Source of the DNA: Octopus sinensis
Taxonomy: Eukaryota
Assembly: GCF_006345805.1 (NCBI RefSeq)
Contig: NC_043004.1
Location: forward strand, 12,524,001-12,588,000
Direction: 5' to 3'
DNA: 64,000 nucleotides
This document shows positions 38,371 through 52,011 of this stretch, one piece after another; the stretch's first letter is position 1, and each line of letters begins with the position of its first letter. The notes under the pieces are model-generated. The model was not told the origin of the DNA and ran no database searches. It was given only the letters and a program-made list of their open reading frames with translations. A program made the position numbers and the translations under genes.

Positions 38371-38460
38371 AATTGGCTGAAGAGCACTCAGCATCTTAAA
38401 TCTGCTGTAATACTTACAGCTTTTAATAAAATGTTGTAGTGCGAAACAATTGTACCAAAT
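38371..38460 (+). ncRNA. Type I minimal hammerhead ribozyme (inverted pLTR copy)
   Basis: CTGAAGA 38377-38383, stem II GCAC/GTGC, GAAA 38443-38446, palindromic loop AATT, predicted GUA cleavage after 38454, stem I TTGG/CCAA. Confidence 0.8.
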
Positions 38461-38614
38461 CACCGGAGTCATTCTTGTTGCTTATTTTTTATTATAATCA
38501 CCACGCAATTTTTTATGGGTAACACCATACAAAATTCTGGTGCATCAAAATTAAGTACCAAGTTCATTTGAATCTAAATTGATGCTGATCTTATATATAT
38601 ATATATGTATATAG

Positions 38615-38972
38615 GTTGGTACTCAGTCGCTTACGACGACGAGGTTTCCAGTTGATCAGATCAATGGAACAGCCTGCTTGTGAAATTAACGAGCAAGTGG
38701 CTGAGCACTCCGCAGTCACTTGTAGCCTTAATGTAGTTCTCGGGGATATTCAGTGTGACACAGGGTGTGACAAGGCTGGCCCTTTGAATTACAGGCACAA
38801 CAGAAACAGGAAATAAGAGTGGTGAAAGAGTACAGCAGGGTTCGACACCATCCACTGCCGGTCCCTCGAGGAGCTTTAGGTGTTTTCGCCCACTAAACAC
38901 TCACAACACCCGGTCTTGGAATAGAAACCGCGATCCTATGACTGCGAGTCCGCTATCCTAACCACTGGGCCA
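38615..38972 (-). mobile_element. tRNA-headed SINE with family F tail
   Basis: TGGCCCAGTGGTTAGG A box; tail shared with 14565 and 46245. Confidence 0.8.
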
Positions 38973-38981
38973 TAGATAGAT

Positions 38982-39127
38982 AAGTTTCTTTATTGGCCAC
39001 ACAGGGCTGCACACAGATGGGACAAGTTACAAGGTAGAGCTTTTCTTTTGGGGGAGAAAAAAAAAGGTGGCGTAGGTTTTCGATCAAAAGGGATCGTAAA
39101 AGGGAAAACAGAACAAAAAAAAGAAAA
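38982..39127 (-). mobile_element. Tx1/L1-like 3' UTR tail in a (GATA)n tract
   Basis: Reverse complement of 29450-29615; GATA repeats on both sides. Confidence 0.85.
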
Positions 39128-39169
39128 ATAGATAGATAGATAGATAGATAGATGGACAGACAGACAGAC

Positions 39170-39257
<88 letters not shown>

Positions 39258-39480
39258 TACGTAAATACATACATATACATACTACTGAACAGCTAGCAAA
39301 CCAACATGAAGGTTTCTACGTTGTCGCCTGAGCTGTTATGTATCTTCTTTTCTGTTTTATCGTTTTCTTGAGGACGTTTAGTCGTACAAACATACCTCAA
39401 AAGTAGACGAAATGAAATAGCCTCGGAGGTGTACGAGAGCGACAGACATCGTTATCTGTCGTTTCGGAGGTAGAGTAGTA

Positions 39481-39950
39481 CAGTAAATTCTCGAGTATAG
39501 TCTTGAGTATAATACGCAGGGAAATTTTAGGAGGCTGTACCTCTGAAATACCTAAACCTTGTGTATAATACGCACTCCTTCTCTAACTTGAGTCATGGAA
39601 GTCGATATAACGGCCTTGCTTTGTGAAAATGTATACGGTAACATCCTTTATTATTATTGTATATATAACATAATGCTAACGTGTAGCTTTTTTGTGCATT
39701 TTGTATGCAGAAAATAAAGAAATAACAGTAATAACCTTTAATAAATATTGCTTACTGCATGTTATGGATGATTCCTTTATGACTTCATTGCTTTCAGGCT
39801 TAGCTTAAGGTATTTTCGCGCCCGACATCACAAAATGCGTCTGAATAAACATTGCCGGACAGCATTGCTTAGAAAATATTTTTCATTTTTAACCTCGTGT
39901 ATAATACGCACTAATCCGAAAAAATGCGGATTATACTCGAGGATTTACAG
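39481..39950. mobile_element. pogo/Tigger-type MITE, 470 bp
   Basis: TA|CAGTAAATTCTCGAGTATA ... TATACTCGAGGATTTACAG|TA; imperfect 19-bp TIRs and TA TSD. Confidence 0.85.
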
Positions 39951-40279
39951 TATGTGACACCGAGGAACAGAAATGACGGCGATATATCGATATTGTCACT
40001 CTCCTTCACTTCCTTACCGATTTCGTTTAACCTTGCTTCGGGATACACGGCGTTATTTGGGGTTTTTTTTATAACACGATACGTCTTTGACGGAACATCG
40101 CAGCCTTGTAGCGTTTGCTAACACAGATACATTAAATATGTAATATTGATAATGTTTACATTATTTAGCTAATTCAAACCCAAAATTTGAATTCACCAGC
40201 ATTTTACATTTTATCGAATATTTTAAAACTAAATGATATATGTCTTCACAATCATTTCAAAATTATATTAAAGCCACTA

Positions 40280-40545
40280 AGACATGGAAACGAACCGTGA
40301 AAATCGGCAGAAAGTTGGATGCGTTCCAGCAAAGATACTTGTGAAGAATGCTGAGAATGTACTGCCAAGACAACATCACCAATGGAAATATTTTAAAGAG
40401 AGCCAACACAAGACTGCATAACGAAATCATCATAGGACCAATATTAAACCTAGCATGTTTGATACTCCAGCAACCAGGACAATGCCATTCTAAAACAACT
40501 TCCAAATGGACACCAACGGAGCGGGGTGCTGAAAACACCGTGACT
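40280..40545 (+). mobile_element. Old RTE LINE 3' remnant
   Basis: TWKRTVKIGRKLDAFQQRYL-RMLRMYCQDNITN motif. Confidence 0.6.
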
Positions 40546-40604
40546 TACAACATTTATAATCGGCATGAAGGAAGCCACTTCCACGTTTGTATGTAGAGGA
40601 AACT

Positions 40605-40927
40605 GGCATCTACACAATGTAATCTTTTACTCTTTTGCCGAACTGCTAAGTTACGGGCACGTAAACACACCAGCATCGGTTGACAAGCGATGCTGGGGGG
40701 GGGGGACAAACACAATCACACAAACATGTGCACACAGATACATACATAAATATATACATATATACGATGGGCTTCTTTCAGTTTCCGTCTACCAAATCCA
40801 CTCACAAGGCTTTGGTCGGCCTGAGGCTATAGTAGAAGACACTTGCCCAAGGTGCCACGTAATGGGACTGAACCCGGGGCCATGTGGTTGGTAAGCAAGC
40901 TACTTACCACACAGCCACTCCTACGCC
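40605..40927 (-). mobile_element. tRNA-derived SINE, family A
   Basis: Reverse complement of the family A head and body. Confidence 0.85.
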
Positions 40928-40936
40928 TAGAACACG

Positions 40937-40972
40937 TTCCCATGCCGAGAATTGAACTCGGGCCGCCTGGGT
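40937..40972 (-). pseudogene. tRNA-Glu-like 3' half
   Basis: ACCCAGGCGGCCCGAGTTCAATTCTCGGCATGGGAA resembles the 3' half of invertebrate tRNA-Glu(TTC); no D arm. Confidence 0.5.
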
Positions 40973-41227
40973 ACTCGAAAGTACTGGAGGAACTGATATT
41001 GAATAAATCGGGAAAAGTTTATCAATGTGGTTGTTCGATCTGCTAGAAACAGCAAACAAATCTTCAAATAATACTCATTCATCTTAAATAAAAGTAAGGA
41101 ACACATTGGATGAATTGCGCCTGTTCATCTCTGTAAATATGTGCTCCTACCCCATATTAAAATATATTTTTTTGTTTAAATTTAAAGGTGTTTTCCATTA
41201 TTTTGTCCAACCCCTGTATACACACAA

Positions 41228-41300
<73 letters not shown>

Positions 41301-41477
41301 ACATACATACATATATATATTATATATATATATATATATTATATATACATATATACATATATATAATAGGTATATATATGTATAAATATATATATATATA
41401 TGTATGTATACATAACATACTATATATATATATACACATATATACATATACATATATGTATATAATTTGTATATATT

Positions 41478-41524
<47 letters not shown>

Positions 41525-42060
41525 ATATATACATATATGGTATTATATTGGTATATAACTTTATTTTACTGAACAAATAAATCTCAAATTCTGTGTGGAC
41601 ATGAGCATGTATAAGACTATATACACACACGTGTGTGTGTGTGTGTGTGTGTATGTGCACGTCTATTTATTTTAGAGTACATTGTATATTTATACGTCTG
41701 TGCAAGTAACATGTATCTCCACATATATTCAGGTGCATGTGCACGCGCGCATGTGTATGTATGTATGCGTGCGTGTGTGTGTGTATGCGGGTGTGAGCGT
41801 GGTGTGTTGAAGATCTTCATCGTATTCGTTTGCTTTGTGTTTCTGTTTTGTTTTTTTTTTAACCAGAAAAATAAAAACCCCCATTGATGTGTTGTCTCTA
41901 TGTTTGTTTACTTAAGGGCGTTCTCTTCTCCGAGGATTAACAATCTCTGTGGTTTCACGTCAAGATGTACGTGAATAGGTTTTAGTCTGTGGCGACGTGA
42001 CTGTGTGCATATGAGTGTAAATCAGGCTCCATCACACCGCATAAATACCTACATACATAG

Positions 42061-42130
<70 letters not shown>

Positions 42131-42232
42131 ATACATATAAAAGTATGTAGATATACATATATAGCTATGTATATATACCATATATATATATATATATGAA
42201 TATATAGCTATGTACGTAGGTATTTTTGTATG

Positions 42233-42263
<31 letters not shown>

Positions 42264-42289
42264 GTACCTAAGTAGCTATCTACTGTCTA

Positions 42290-42339
<50 letters not shown>

Positions 42340-42369
42340 CACACACATACATATATCGTATGTACGTAA

Positions 42370-42409
<40 letters not shown>

Positions 42410-42449
42410 TAAGTTGTATCTACAGATATATATGTACATATTTATGTAT

Positions 42450-42524
<75 letters not shown>

Positions 42525-42687
42525 TATATACTTATATACATATATATTTCTCTCTCTCTCTTACACACACACATACTTTGACTTTTGACGTTACGAGTAT
42601 TTCTTAACTGCCCACCTTCAGCATGCTCTTTTAATACCGTGCCACAGTCTTTAACAATGAAACTTTGCATTTCCTATGCTGGTATAC

Positions 42688-42721
<34 letters not shown>

Positions 42722-43199
42722 ATTGTTGTTGAAGTCGTTGCTCTTTCTTTCTATTCTTTACAATATAACGGCCACCAACTAAAGCATCAACACTGTTCCG
42801 CCGCCGCCACCACCACCACCACCACCACCACCTTCATCACTATCGCCACCACCACCACCACCATCGTCACCTTCACCATCACCACCACTTTCTGCAACTA
42901 TTTACCGTTGTTGCCACCGTTCAAAACAATGGAGGTATGTATTGAAGCTTTCAGTCAGTGTATTGTTCCGTCATCAAAATCATGAAACAATAAACTTATG
43001 TTCACACACACACACACACACACCGGTCCTTCTTCATATCGTCTTCTCCTTCATTACAGAGAGAATAAATGTTTATTTACCACGCAATGTTTTAGTTGCC
43101 ACCACCTCCACCTCCTCTTCCTCCTCCACCACCACCAACACCACCACCAATGAATACAACTACTAAGCATTTGGCTATATTTATTTTTTTTTATTGCTC

Positions 43200-43590
43200 A
43201 TAAGGGGCTAAACATAGAGGGGACAAACAAGGACAGACAAATCGATTACATCGACTCCTGTGCGTAACTGGTACTTAATTTATCGACCCCGAAAGGATGA
43301 ATGGCAAAGTTAACCTCGGCGGAATTTGAACTCAGAACGTAAAGGCAGACGAAATACCTTATTTCTTTACTACCCACAAAGGGCTAAACACAGAAAGGAC
43401 AAACAAGGACAGACAAATGGATTAAGTGGATTATATCGACCCCAGTGCGTAACTGGTACTTATTTAATCGACCCCGAAAGGATGAAAGGCAAAGTCGACC
43501 TCGGCGGAATTTGAACTCAGAACGTAGCGGCAGACGAAATACCTATTTCTTTATTAAGCATTTCTGTTTGCTAACGTTTCTGTCAGCTTG
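43200..43590 (-). mobile_element. Tandem dimer of SINE family B
   Basis: Two head-to-tail units with the same junction as at 14762-15715. Confidence 0.85.
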
Positions 43591-43762
43591 CCGTCTTAAG
43601 CATTTGGCCATATTAGAATGGGTAAAGAGTGCAAATAATGTTTTGGCGTTTAGTTACGGTCCTGTATGTTCTATGTTCGGTTCCCACTATGATCAGCTTT
43701 GCTTTTCATTTTTCAGACACGATTGTTTTGCAGTATTTGTTGTAACTCACCGTATTCTGAGT

Positions 43763-44048
43763 TCAAATCCCGTTATGTTTTTCTTGCCTCCCAGCGTTCA
43801 AAGGGTCATAAAACGAAAGCACCAATCCAATCCAATGGTCAGGTGAATTTGTCAGGGAATTTGACAAGATGCTCTCGTCTATTTTTGCGAGCCTAAATGT
43901 TCTATGTTCATATGCTGTGTATTTAATCCATCGGGTATCTAAAAACACAATCTGCTGCTTGGCTGCTTTTAGTGGAGTTTTTTTTCTGCTTGAAGTCTTC
44001 CAGCTTTCCAGTTTGAGGATATTATCTTCATTTCCATCTAGCAGAAGC
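43763..44048 (-). CDS. Candidate host exon (LLLDGNEDNILKLESWKTSSRKK...FLDTRWIKYTAYEHRTF...PDHWIGL)
   Basis: Strong acceptor TTTTTTATATTTTCAG and one open frame of about 95 codons in unique sequence; donor uncertain (possible GAG|GCAAGA at 43787). Confidence 0.45.
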
Positions 44049-44624
44049 CTGAAAATATAAAAAAATTAAAGAATTGTAGTTGCTCAGGGAGTCAATTCTT
44101 CACTCCCTGACTAAGTAGTTAAATGAAAAAAAAATATTGATAAGAAAGAGACAGCTAAGAGGTCCATATACGATTGCTCAATCTACAAGGCTTAGTAGCT
44201 ATATTGCTATCAGATCTTACTCTACCGTAACCCTTTGTCTGTTCACAACGTTCTCATTTGTTTGGCCTAAACCTCCATGTAGGTCTTTAGACTTTTAGTT
44301 GCGTTCCGTTTCATGCGTTCTGAGTAATATCTTTTCTACAACAGACACAAAGCCTGAAATTATGTGGGAGGGCACTAGTCGATTACATAGATGACCCCAG
44401 TAAAATATTGCTACTTATCTTATCGACCCCGATAAGGATGTAAGCAAATGTCGATCTCAGAAAATGAAGAGAGATTAAATATCTCTTAGCATTTTGTCTA
44501 GCTTGTTCACGATTCTGTCCGCTCGCCACCTTCACGTCCTAGTAATGGAAAGCTTTCTTTTCGTAAGTCCCAAGTTACTTTGATGTTACAAAAAAAACCT
44601 GGGCACAGGAATGGCTGTGTGGTG

Positions 44625-44775
44625 AGAAGGTTGCTTCCCAACCACATGGTTCCGAGTTCAGTCCCATTACGTGGCACCTTGGGCAAGTGTCTTCTACTAT
44701 AGCCTCGAGCCGACCAAAGCCTTGTGAGTGGATTTGGTAGACGGAAACTGAAAGAAGCCCGTAGTATATATGTAC

Positions 44776-44840
<65 letters not shown>

Positions 44841-45056
44841 TGTGTCTGTGTTTGTCCCCCCAACTTCGCTTGACAACGGATCTAGGTGTGTTTAGGTCCC
44901 CGTAACTTAGCGGTTCGACAAAAGCGACCGATAGAATAAGTACTAGGCTTACAAAGAATAAGTCCTGGAGATGATTTCTTCGACTAAAAGTACCTTTAAG
45001 GCGGTGCTCCAGCATGGCCACAGTCAAATGAAAGAAACCAGTATAAGAATAAAAGA
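44625..45056 (-). mobile_element. tRNA-derived SINE, family A
   Basis: Reverse complement of family A. Confidence 0.85.
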
Positions 45057-46244
45057 GTACGTGTTTCATATATGATCTATACACGCCAGGGAAATATGAC
45101 CTGTGTATTGCATATGATACACAAGACGGACAAAGGGTCAAAATCTATGAATATACTAAACGCACACCATTGAGTGAATTGTGGGCAAGGGTCGGTTCGC
45201 TCCGGAAGGCTCTCTAATGAGGGCCGTACCTTTTGGCCTGCAGTATAAAGCCTTTCCAGGTGTCGTGGGTGAAAGAAGCAAGCAAACTCAAAGGCAGCCC
45301 TACGAGGCACACACACTCTAGCTGTGCAGTTGACTGGATGGTGCATCCTCTGTCGGTTTCCACATTGATAGTTTAGTTGGTTGATCAACTAAGCTATTAA
45401 TTCGGTAAATTAACGTGTAAGTGGCTGAACATTCCACAGATGCGTGTACCATTAATGTAACTCTCAAGTCGAATAAGCTTCGTATAATATTAACTTTAAA
45501 TTTTGGCACAAAGCGAGCAATTTCAGGGGTAGAGGGTAAGTCGATTACATGAACCTCGAAAGAGGTTAACTGAAAACGTAAACTTGGACAAAATGCCGCT
45601 AAGCATTCTTACCCCGGAGCACAAACGATTCTGCCGGCTTGCTACTTTACAGCTTCGTATAACATTGGACAAAACTAGACCTTTGAATTACGACCACAAT
45701 ACACGTGACGAACTTCCACACATTTTCCATCTGTTCAATTTCACACACAACTCTTTAGTAAAAAAAGACCAGCAAGAAATGCTGCACCAGGAGGTCAAAA
45801 CTTGAGCCTCGTTATTGTGTAACTCGCTGCTTAAGCACACGGCCATTTCTGCATCTATATAAGAAAAAAGAGACAGCTACGAAACCTTTGTACTGTTGCT
45901 TGATCTACAAGACGAAGTAGCTATCTCACCATAAAAATTCACACTACTTTCTGAACCCTTGGCCTGTTCACAATATTTTCCTAAGATTCTACTATACTCC
46001 CAGTTTCGTCGATCTAATTTCATACATAACTCTTTAGTAAAAGGGACCTGCCAGAATTCCGCGCAAAGGAATCGAAATTCAGGACTCATCCTTGTGTAGA
46101 TCACTGCTTAAGCACTCGGCCACCTCTGCATTCATATAATTTGTTGTGGTAATAATGGAAAGAAAATGTTGCTGGTATGTGTTGGCTGCAATCTAATACA
46201 TTGCACAAATACATGCGCAAAAAAGAAATGACACTACATCGATT

Positions 46245-46552
46245 ACAACGACGAGGGATCCAGTTGGTCTAATTAAATCAATCAGCCTACTCGTGTAATT
46301 AAGATGCAAGTGGCTGAGTACTTCACAAATACTTTTAATCTTAATGTAGTTATCAGGGAGAGTTAACATGACACAGAATAGGACAATGCTGGTCCTTTGA
46401 ATTACAGGTACTGCTCAATTTTGCCAGATGAGTGGGCTGGAGCAACATGAAATAAAGTGTCTTGCTGAAGGACACAACGCGCTGTAACGAATCGAACCCA
46501 CGACCTTACGATTTTGATCAGAACACCGCTAACCACTTAGCCACGCGCCATC
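46245..46552 (-). mobile_element. tRNA-headed SINE with family F tail
   Basis: GGCGCGTGGCTAAGTGGTTAG A box, GGTTCGATTC B box, shared tail. Confidence 0.75.
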
Positions 46553-47129
46553 ACACACATACACACATCTAACCTATGCAATACACAAGTAGGTACGATA
46601 TAATAGAGATGAGCAATAACACACACAAACACACCAGACACACACACATATACACACACATGTGCACACATACACACACAAACACACACACATGCACTTT
46701 TACTAGAGTCGCACTACGAGTACGCAGACATTCATTAATCAGAAATCTAACACACATACACACACACACATAAACACATTCACACACATACACACATTTA
46801 TCTAACAATTTAGTGACACGTAAGCATATAGGTTCAAATGATGCAACCACACCCACCCTCACACACACACACACACATATATAGGATGTTGTCTCTCTCT
46901 CTCACACACACTCACACATACATAAACCAAACAAGCACATACACGTCCCACTCAATCACCCGCACGCGTCTAGACATTTGCTGATATGGAGAGGCAATTA
47001 GACAATTCGAAGCTCGTTGAGAAATTCATACAAGCAGCAAAACGCATCGATATATCATATATATATATATATATATATATTACATGCATATATATATGTA
47101 TATATATTATATATATATAACATATTTAC

Positions 47130-47165
<36 letters not shown>

Positions 47166-47237
47166 TATATATATATATATATATATATATGCATATATAT
47201 GTATATATAAAATATATATATACACATGTATATGGTG

Positions 47238-47277
<40 letters not shown>

Positions 47278-47368
47278 TATGTATATTTATAAGAAATAAT
47301 TTACTTAGTAAAGAAATATATATACACACGCATATATGTTATACACATGTATAAATATATATTTATTA

Positions 47369-47402
<34 letters not shown>

Positions 47403-47706
47403 TATATATATATCTATATATATATATATATATATTAACATATACATATAATATATATGAATATACATATGTATGTATCTGCATATTGATTCTACATCAC
47501 ACATGCAATCCTCGATGCATACTATCAAACTCATCTTGGTAATTAATGACAGAGCAGCACTTAAAAACTTAGAAAAACTCATTATACACTCAAACACATA
47601 CAAAGGTTGATAATGCTGAAGCACATTCCACGAACACTAACATCACATATACACATATAAGTTAGCTAAAACTTATATACTCACATGGACACTCATATGT
47701 ATATGT

Positions 47707-47762
<56 letters not shown>

Positions 47763-48139
47763 TATATACAAACACACATTCAGGTACACTTAAATGTAGA
47801 CACTCGTTAGTTGGCAAACAGACATGTGAAGTGTTTGAGAAAGGTGTTGGTTTTAAAGAATGATGTTCGTTAATTGTTCCATTATTAATTTATTCCATCG
47901 TCCTGATGGTTAAATGATGTTTGTTCACATTTGCAGACATTTAGACACTGGGACGTCTCTTTCATTCACAGACGCTCACGTTATATGGATGCATATATTC
48001 ACATATACTTACATGCATACACACACATATTTATATTTATATTTCTCTCACTCCCCACTCTCTCTCTTGCTATCTATATATACATATATTTATACGTATG
48101 TATATATGTATGCATATATGCATACGTATATTTATATAT

Positions 48140-48535
48140 ACTCTTTTTTACTCTTTACTCTTTTACTTGTTTCAGTCATTTGACTGCGGTCATGCAGGAG
48201 CTCCGCCTTTAGTCGAGCAAATCGACCCCGAGACTTATTCTTTGTACTTATTCTATCGGTCTCTTTTGCCGAACCGCTAAGTGACGGGGACGTAAACACA
48301 CCAGCATCGGTTGTCAAGTAATGCTAAAGGGACAAACACAGACACACACATACATATATATATATATACACATATACGACAGGCTGCTTTCAGTTTCCAT
48401 CTACCAAATCCACTTACAAAGTTTTGGTCGGCCCGAGGCTATAGCAGAAGACACTCGCGCAAGATGCCACGCGGTGGGACTGAACCCGGAACCATGTGAT
48501 TGGTTAGCAAGCTACTTACCACACAGCCACTCCTG
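48140..48535 (-). mobile_element. tRNA-derived SINE, family A
   Basis: Reverse complement of family A. Confidence 0.85.
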
Positions 48536-48545
48536 CACCTACATA

Positions 48546-48638
<93 letters not shown>

Positions 48639-48699
48639 GTATGTATAAATATGTATGTATACATGTATGTATGTATCTATGTAATATTTAAGGGGAGAA

Positions 48700-48885
48700 T
48701 TCACAAAAAAAAAGCAAAAGACGAAAACACGTGGTGTAGAAAACAAACAGATGTATTAGTATAACGCTCGGGAAGTGAAAAAGTCTTTAACGTTTCGAGC
48801 CTACGCTCTTTTCACAGAAAGGAACGCTGAAAGAAACAAGAAGAGAAAATAAAGAATGTGCAGTAGCTAGCGTTCTATCATGGCG
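48700..48885 (-). mobile_element. PLE-type terminal repeat fragment, family 3, with hammerhead-like variant
   Basis: GAGC gtag GCTC GAAACGT T AAAGAC on the - strand at 48783-48822; homologous to 5228-5410. Confidence 0.55.
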
Positions 48886-49766
48886 ATGAGCGACGAATAG
48901 TTTCATGCAATGAAAACAGCTCAGGCAAAATTTTCTAACGCGCTTGGTGCCACCATATATGTATTCAAGGAGTTTTCAGAACGTTTATATGTTCTAGGAT
49001 ATTATGGATATCTCTTCACACACACACACACATATACATATAAATTCTGTCCGACTCTATTATTCGTTCTCTTCTTTCATTCTTTTCTTCTTTCTATCAG
49101 CCCTTTCACGTTCATTTCGTTCGTTCCACTCTTCGTTCTTTCATTCCCCCTCTCTAACATTTTCTGGCCTTCTCTTCGTGCTTATTTTCCCTCCCCTTCA
49201 CTTCACTGTGTCCCTTTCATATTTTTCTCGCCCCTCCTTTTAATTCTTCTATCTATCGGCCTCTACCACTCTCTTCCCTTTCCACTTGACTGGAGTTCTG
49301 CCATGCCTGACATTTCTTTCTTGGTTCCACTACCATCTGCGTAACAGCTATATTCCCTGTGCATGTCTAAACGTACGTCCCTTCAGTAAGGCTTTTACTT
49401 CCACACTCGCCAGCTTAATTTAATTCGTCCTTAGTCGAAAGACCTCTGTTGTTATGTCCTGTTACTTGCAATTGTATTTGTGTAACATTCCTCTTTTATT
49501 TTCCGTCATTGTTTTCGTATATATTCGCTGATTTCTTCCAAGGAATCTAATGGTTTTAGCTTAATTTTCCTCGGGGCTGGTCAGATTGGAGCAATCTCGA
49601 GTAAAACCAGCCGAAATTGCAAAGATATTCGGAAACACGTCTGAGGATAGAAAACTCCGAATGACCCGTCCTTGTTTTCTTTTTATCGTCTATCAGGATG
49701 TATGTGTCCCTTTTTTGTATCACCTAACTGTTTTGTGATTTTCGCGTTCTTGTCCCATTTATGTTT

Positions 49767-49819
<53 letters not shown>

Positions 49820-50042
49820 TATATTAAATCTCTGAACAAGATGTGAACTGTAGCAATACGAAATAGTAACATATAATTGGCAACCAAGTGTGGCGTCCCA
49901 TGAGACAGTGCTACTGGCCAGTATATAAATGCATGCATACATACATACATAATACATACATACATACATACATACATACATACATACATACATACATACA
50001 TACATACACACACAATATATATAGAGATAGATAGATAGATAT

Positions 50043-50081
<39 letters not shown>

Positions 50082-50903
50082 TATACGCATGTGTATATAT
50101 AAAAATATATATATACACGCAATCAAATTTATACTTGTATAAAAACATATATTATATATATATATATATATATTATAATATATAATATATTTATATATGT
50201 ATATATTGTGTGAGTGTGTATATGTGCATAAGTTTGAAGAGACTCACATACACTCTCACAATCACACACACACAAATATATGTGCGCCGCGCGCGCACAC
50301 ACACACACCCACACACACACACACAGTAAAACCATACAACACAACAGCATTAGTATTAGCCAAGCCGGTTACATGGCCTGTTCCTTTCTCTTCAGTCATT
50401 GCCGAACCGTGTAATTCAGCCATGAAAATGTTAAAAGTAGCCTTTAGCCTCACAGACATGTTTTTCACTTCACATTCAGCTTTTAAATCTGCATATTTAT
50501 GTCAGTTTGACTGCGGGAAACACTCTAGTCGAAGCAAATCTAAAGACAACTAAAACTTAAGTTAAATATCACGTGTATAAAATAGATTCAATCTTGCTTT
50601 TCACTGAATCTAGTGAATGTAGTCTCAAATAATCCATTTAATGGTGTATGTGTGTTAGGGAAATATCGATTTGAAGAAACCTTAAAGCCTCAAGATAACT
50701 GCGTGCCAGCTAATTAGCTAAGCATATTTTCTTATAGTTACAAGGTACATTATGTCATAAAGTGTTACTTCCAGGTAGAACAGTAGAGTTAAGCAGAAAG
50801 GAACGAAATAAAACGATGCTGAAAACAATATTTCTCTTACCTACACTGATTCGACAAAAACATATTGCGTACTCCATAACATTTTATTTCATAGCAATAT
50901 TAT

Positions 50904-50939
<36 letters not shown>

Positions 50940-50956
50940 GTGTGCGTGTGTGTGAA

Positions 50957-51295
50957 GGCGCATGGCTCAGGGGTTAGAGCTTCGAGCTAACAATCGTGAG
51001 GTTGTGAGTTCGCTTCCCGGACCGGGCTGCGTGTTGTGTTCTTGAACAAGACACTTTATTTCGCGTTGCTCCAGTTCACTCAGCAGTAGAAATGAGTTGC
51101 AACGTCGCTGGTGCCAAGCTGTATCGGCCCATTTGCCTTTCCCTTGGATAACATCAGTGGTGTGGAGAGGCGAGGCCGGTAACCATGGGCGACTGCTGGC
51201 CTTCCACAAACACTTGTTTGTATATACATACATTGTGCCTCAGGGGTAACTTTCTAGGTGCAATCTCATGGTCATTCATAACTGAAGGGGATGTC
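50957..51295 (+). mobile_element. tRNA-derived SINE, family C
   Basis: Homologous to 6909-7215. Confidence 0.85.
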
Positions 51296-51657
51296 CCCCG
51301 CCTCCTCTTCCTTCTCATGTATACATTTGGACGCATCCATGTATATACACAACACGAGCTGTTCGATAAGTCAGCGGATAAATTTGTGAGCGGGTAGTAT
51401 AGCTTAACCGTAAAGCACCCAACCGAAGATTGGGGTGGGGGCAAGCATCCGAGTCCCATAGCTATTTGTTGACCCTGCCTTGTATTTCTGCTGTTCTAAC
51501 AGCAATACTTCGTTCGACAAAATATGTTTTTGTTTGTATCGTACAATACACATTTCGACTCTTCTAATAAAAACAAATGTCAGTTTGTTTCTTTTTATTC
51601 ATACATACACACGCTCATTTATATGCATACACACACTCACATATATACACGTACACA

Positions 51658-51726
<69 letters not shown>

Positions 51727-51779
51727 ATATACATTTCTAAATCTCTCAGAGAGATTTATACGGTAGTGATACGATAATG

Positions 51780-52011
51780 TAGTTATATGCTGTGAACTTA
51801 ATGTGACAGTCCCATGAGAGGGAATAATACTACTGCTATTTGGCGCTAGGATACAGCACCGCTTCCTGTCGGTCTTGACACATTTCCTGTGTCCTTATGT
51901 TTACAAGGAGGAGATAAGCACCTCCACCTGTCTAAGCCAGCATCCAGAGCTAAATAGCAGTAGTACTATTCCCTCATGGGACTGCCACGTTAAGTTGACA
52001 GCATACAACTA
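51780..52011. mobile_element. MITE with about 70-bp TIRs
   Basis: TAGTTATATGCTGTGAACTTAATGTGACAGTCCCATGAG... pairs with ...CTCATGGGACTGCCACGTTAAGTTGACAGCATACAACTA. Confidence 0.8.

Larger units (their letters stand above)
37210..38495 (-). mobile_element. 5'-truncated Penelope-like element with inverted pseudo-LTRs
   Basis: Complete GIY-YIG-type domain (NVIYKC...LYLGCSVDFKIRLNNH); about 175-bp repeat at 37213-37390 and inverted at 38325-38490. Confidence 0.9.

Noticed and set aside
28626-39127. One giant composite transposon bounded by the inverted Tx1 tails
   Set aside because: The two tails differ in length and each has its own microsatellite target, which fits independent insertions; no TSD is seen.
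50396-50553. Exon-like segment open on both strands
   Set aside because: Plausible acceptor on + but no clear donor and no recognisable protein; orientation cannot be decided.
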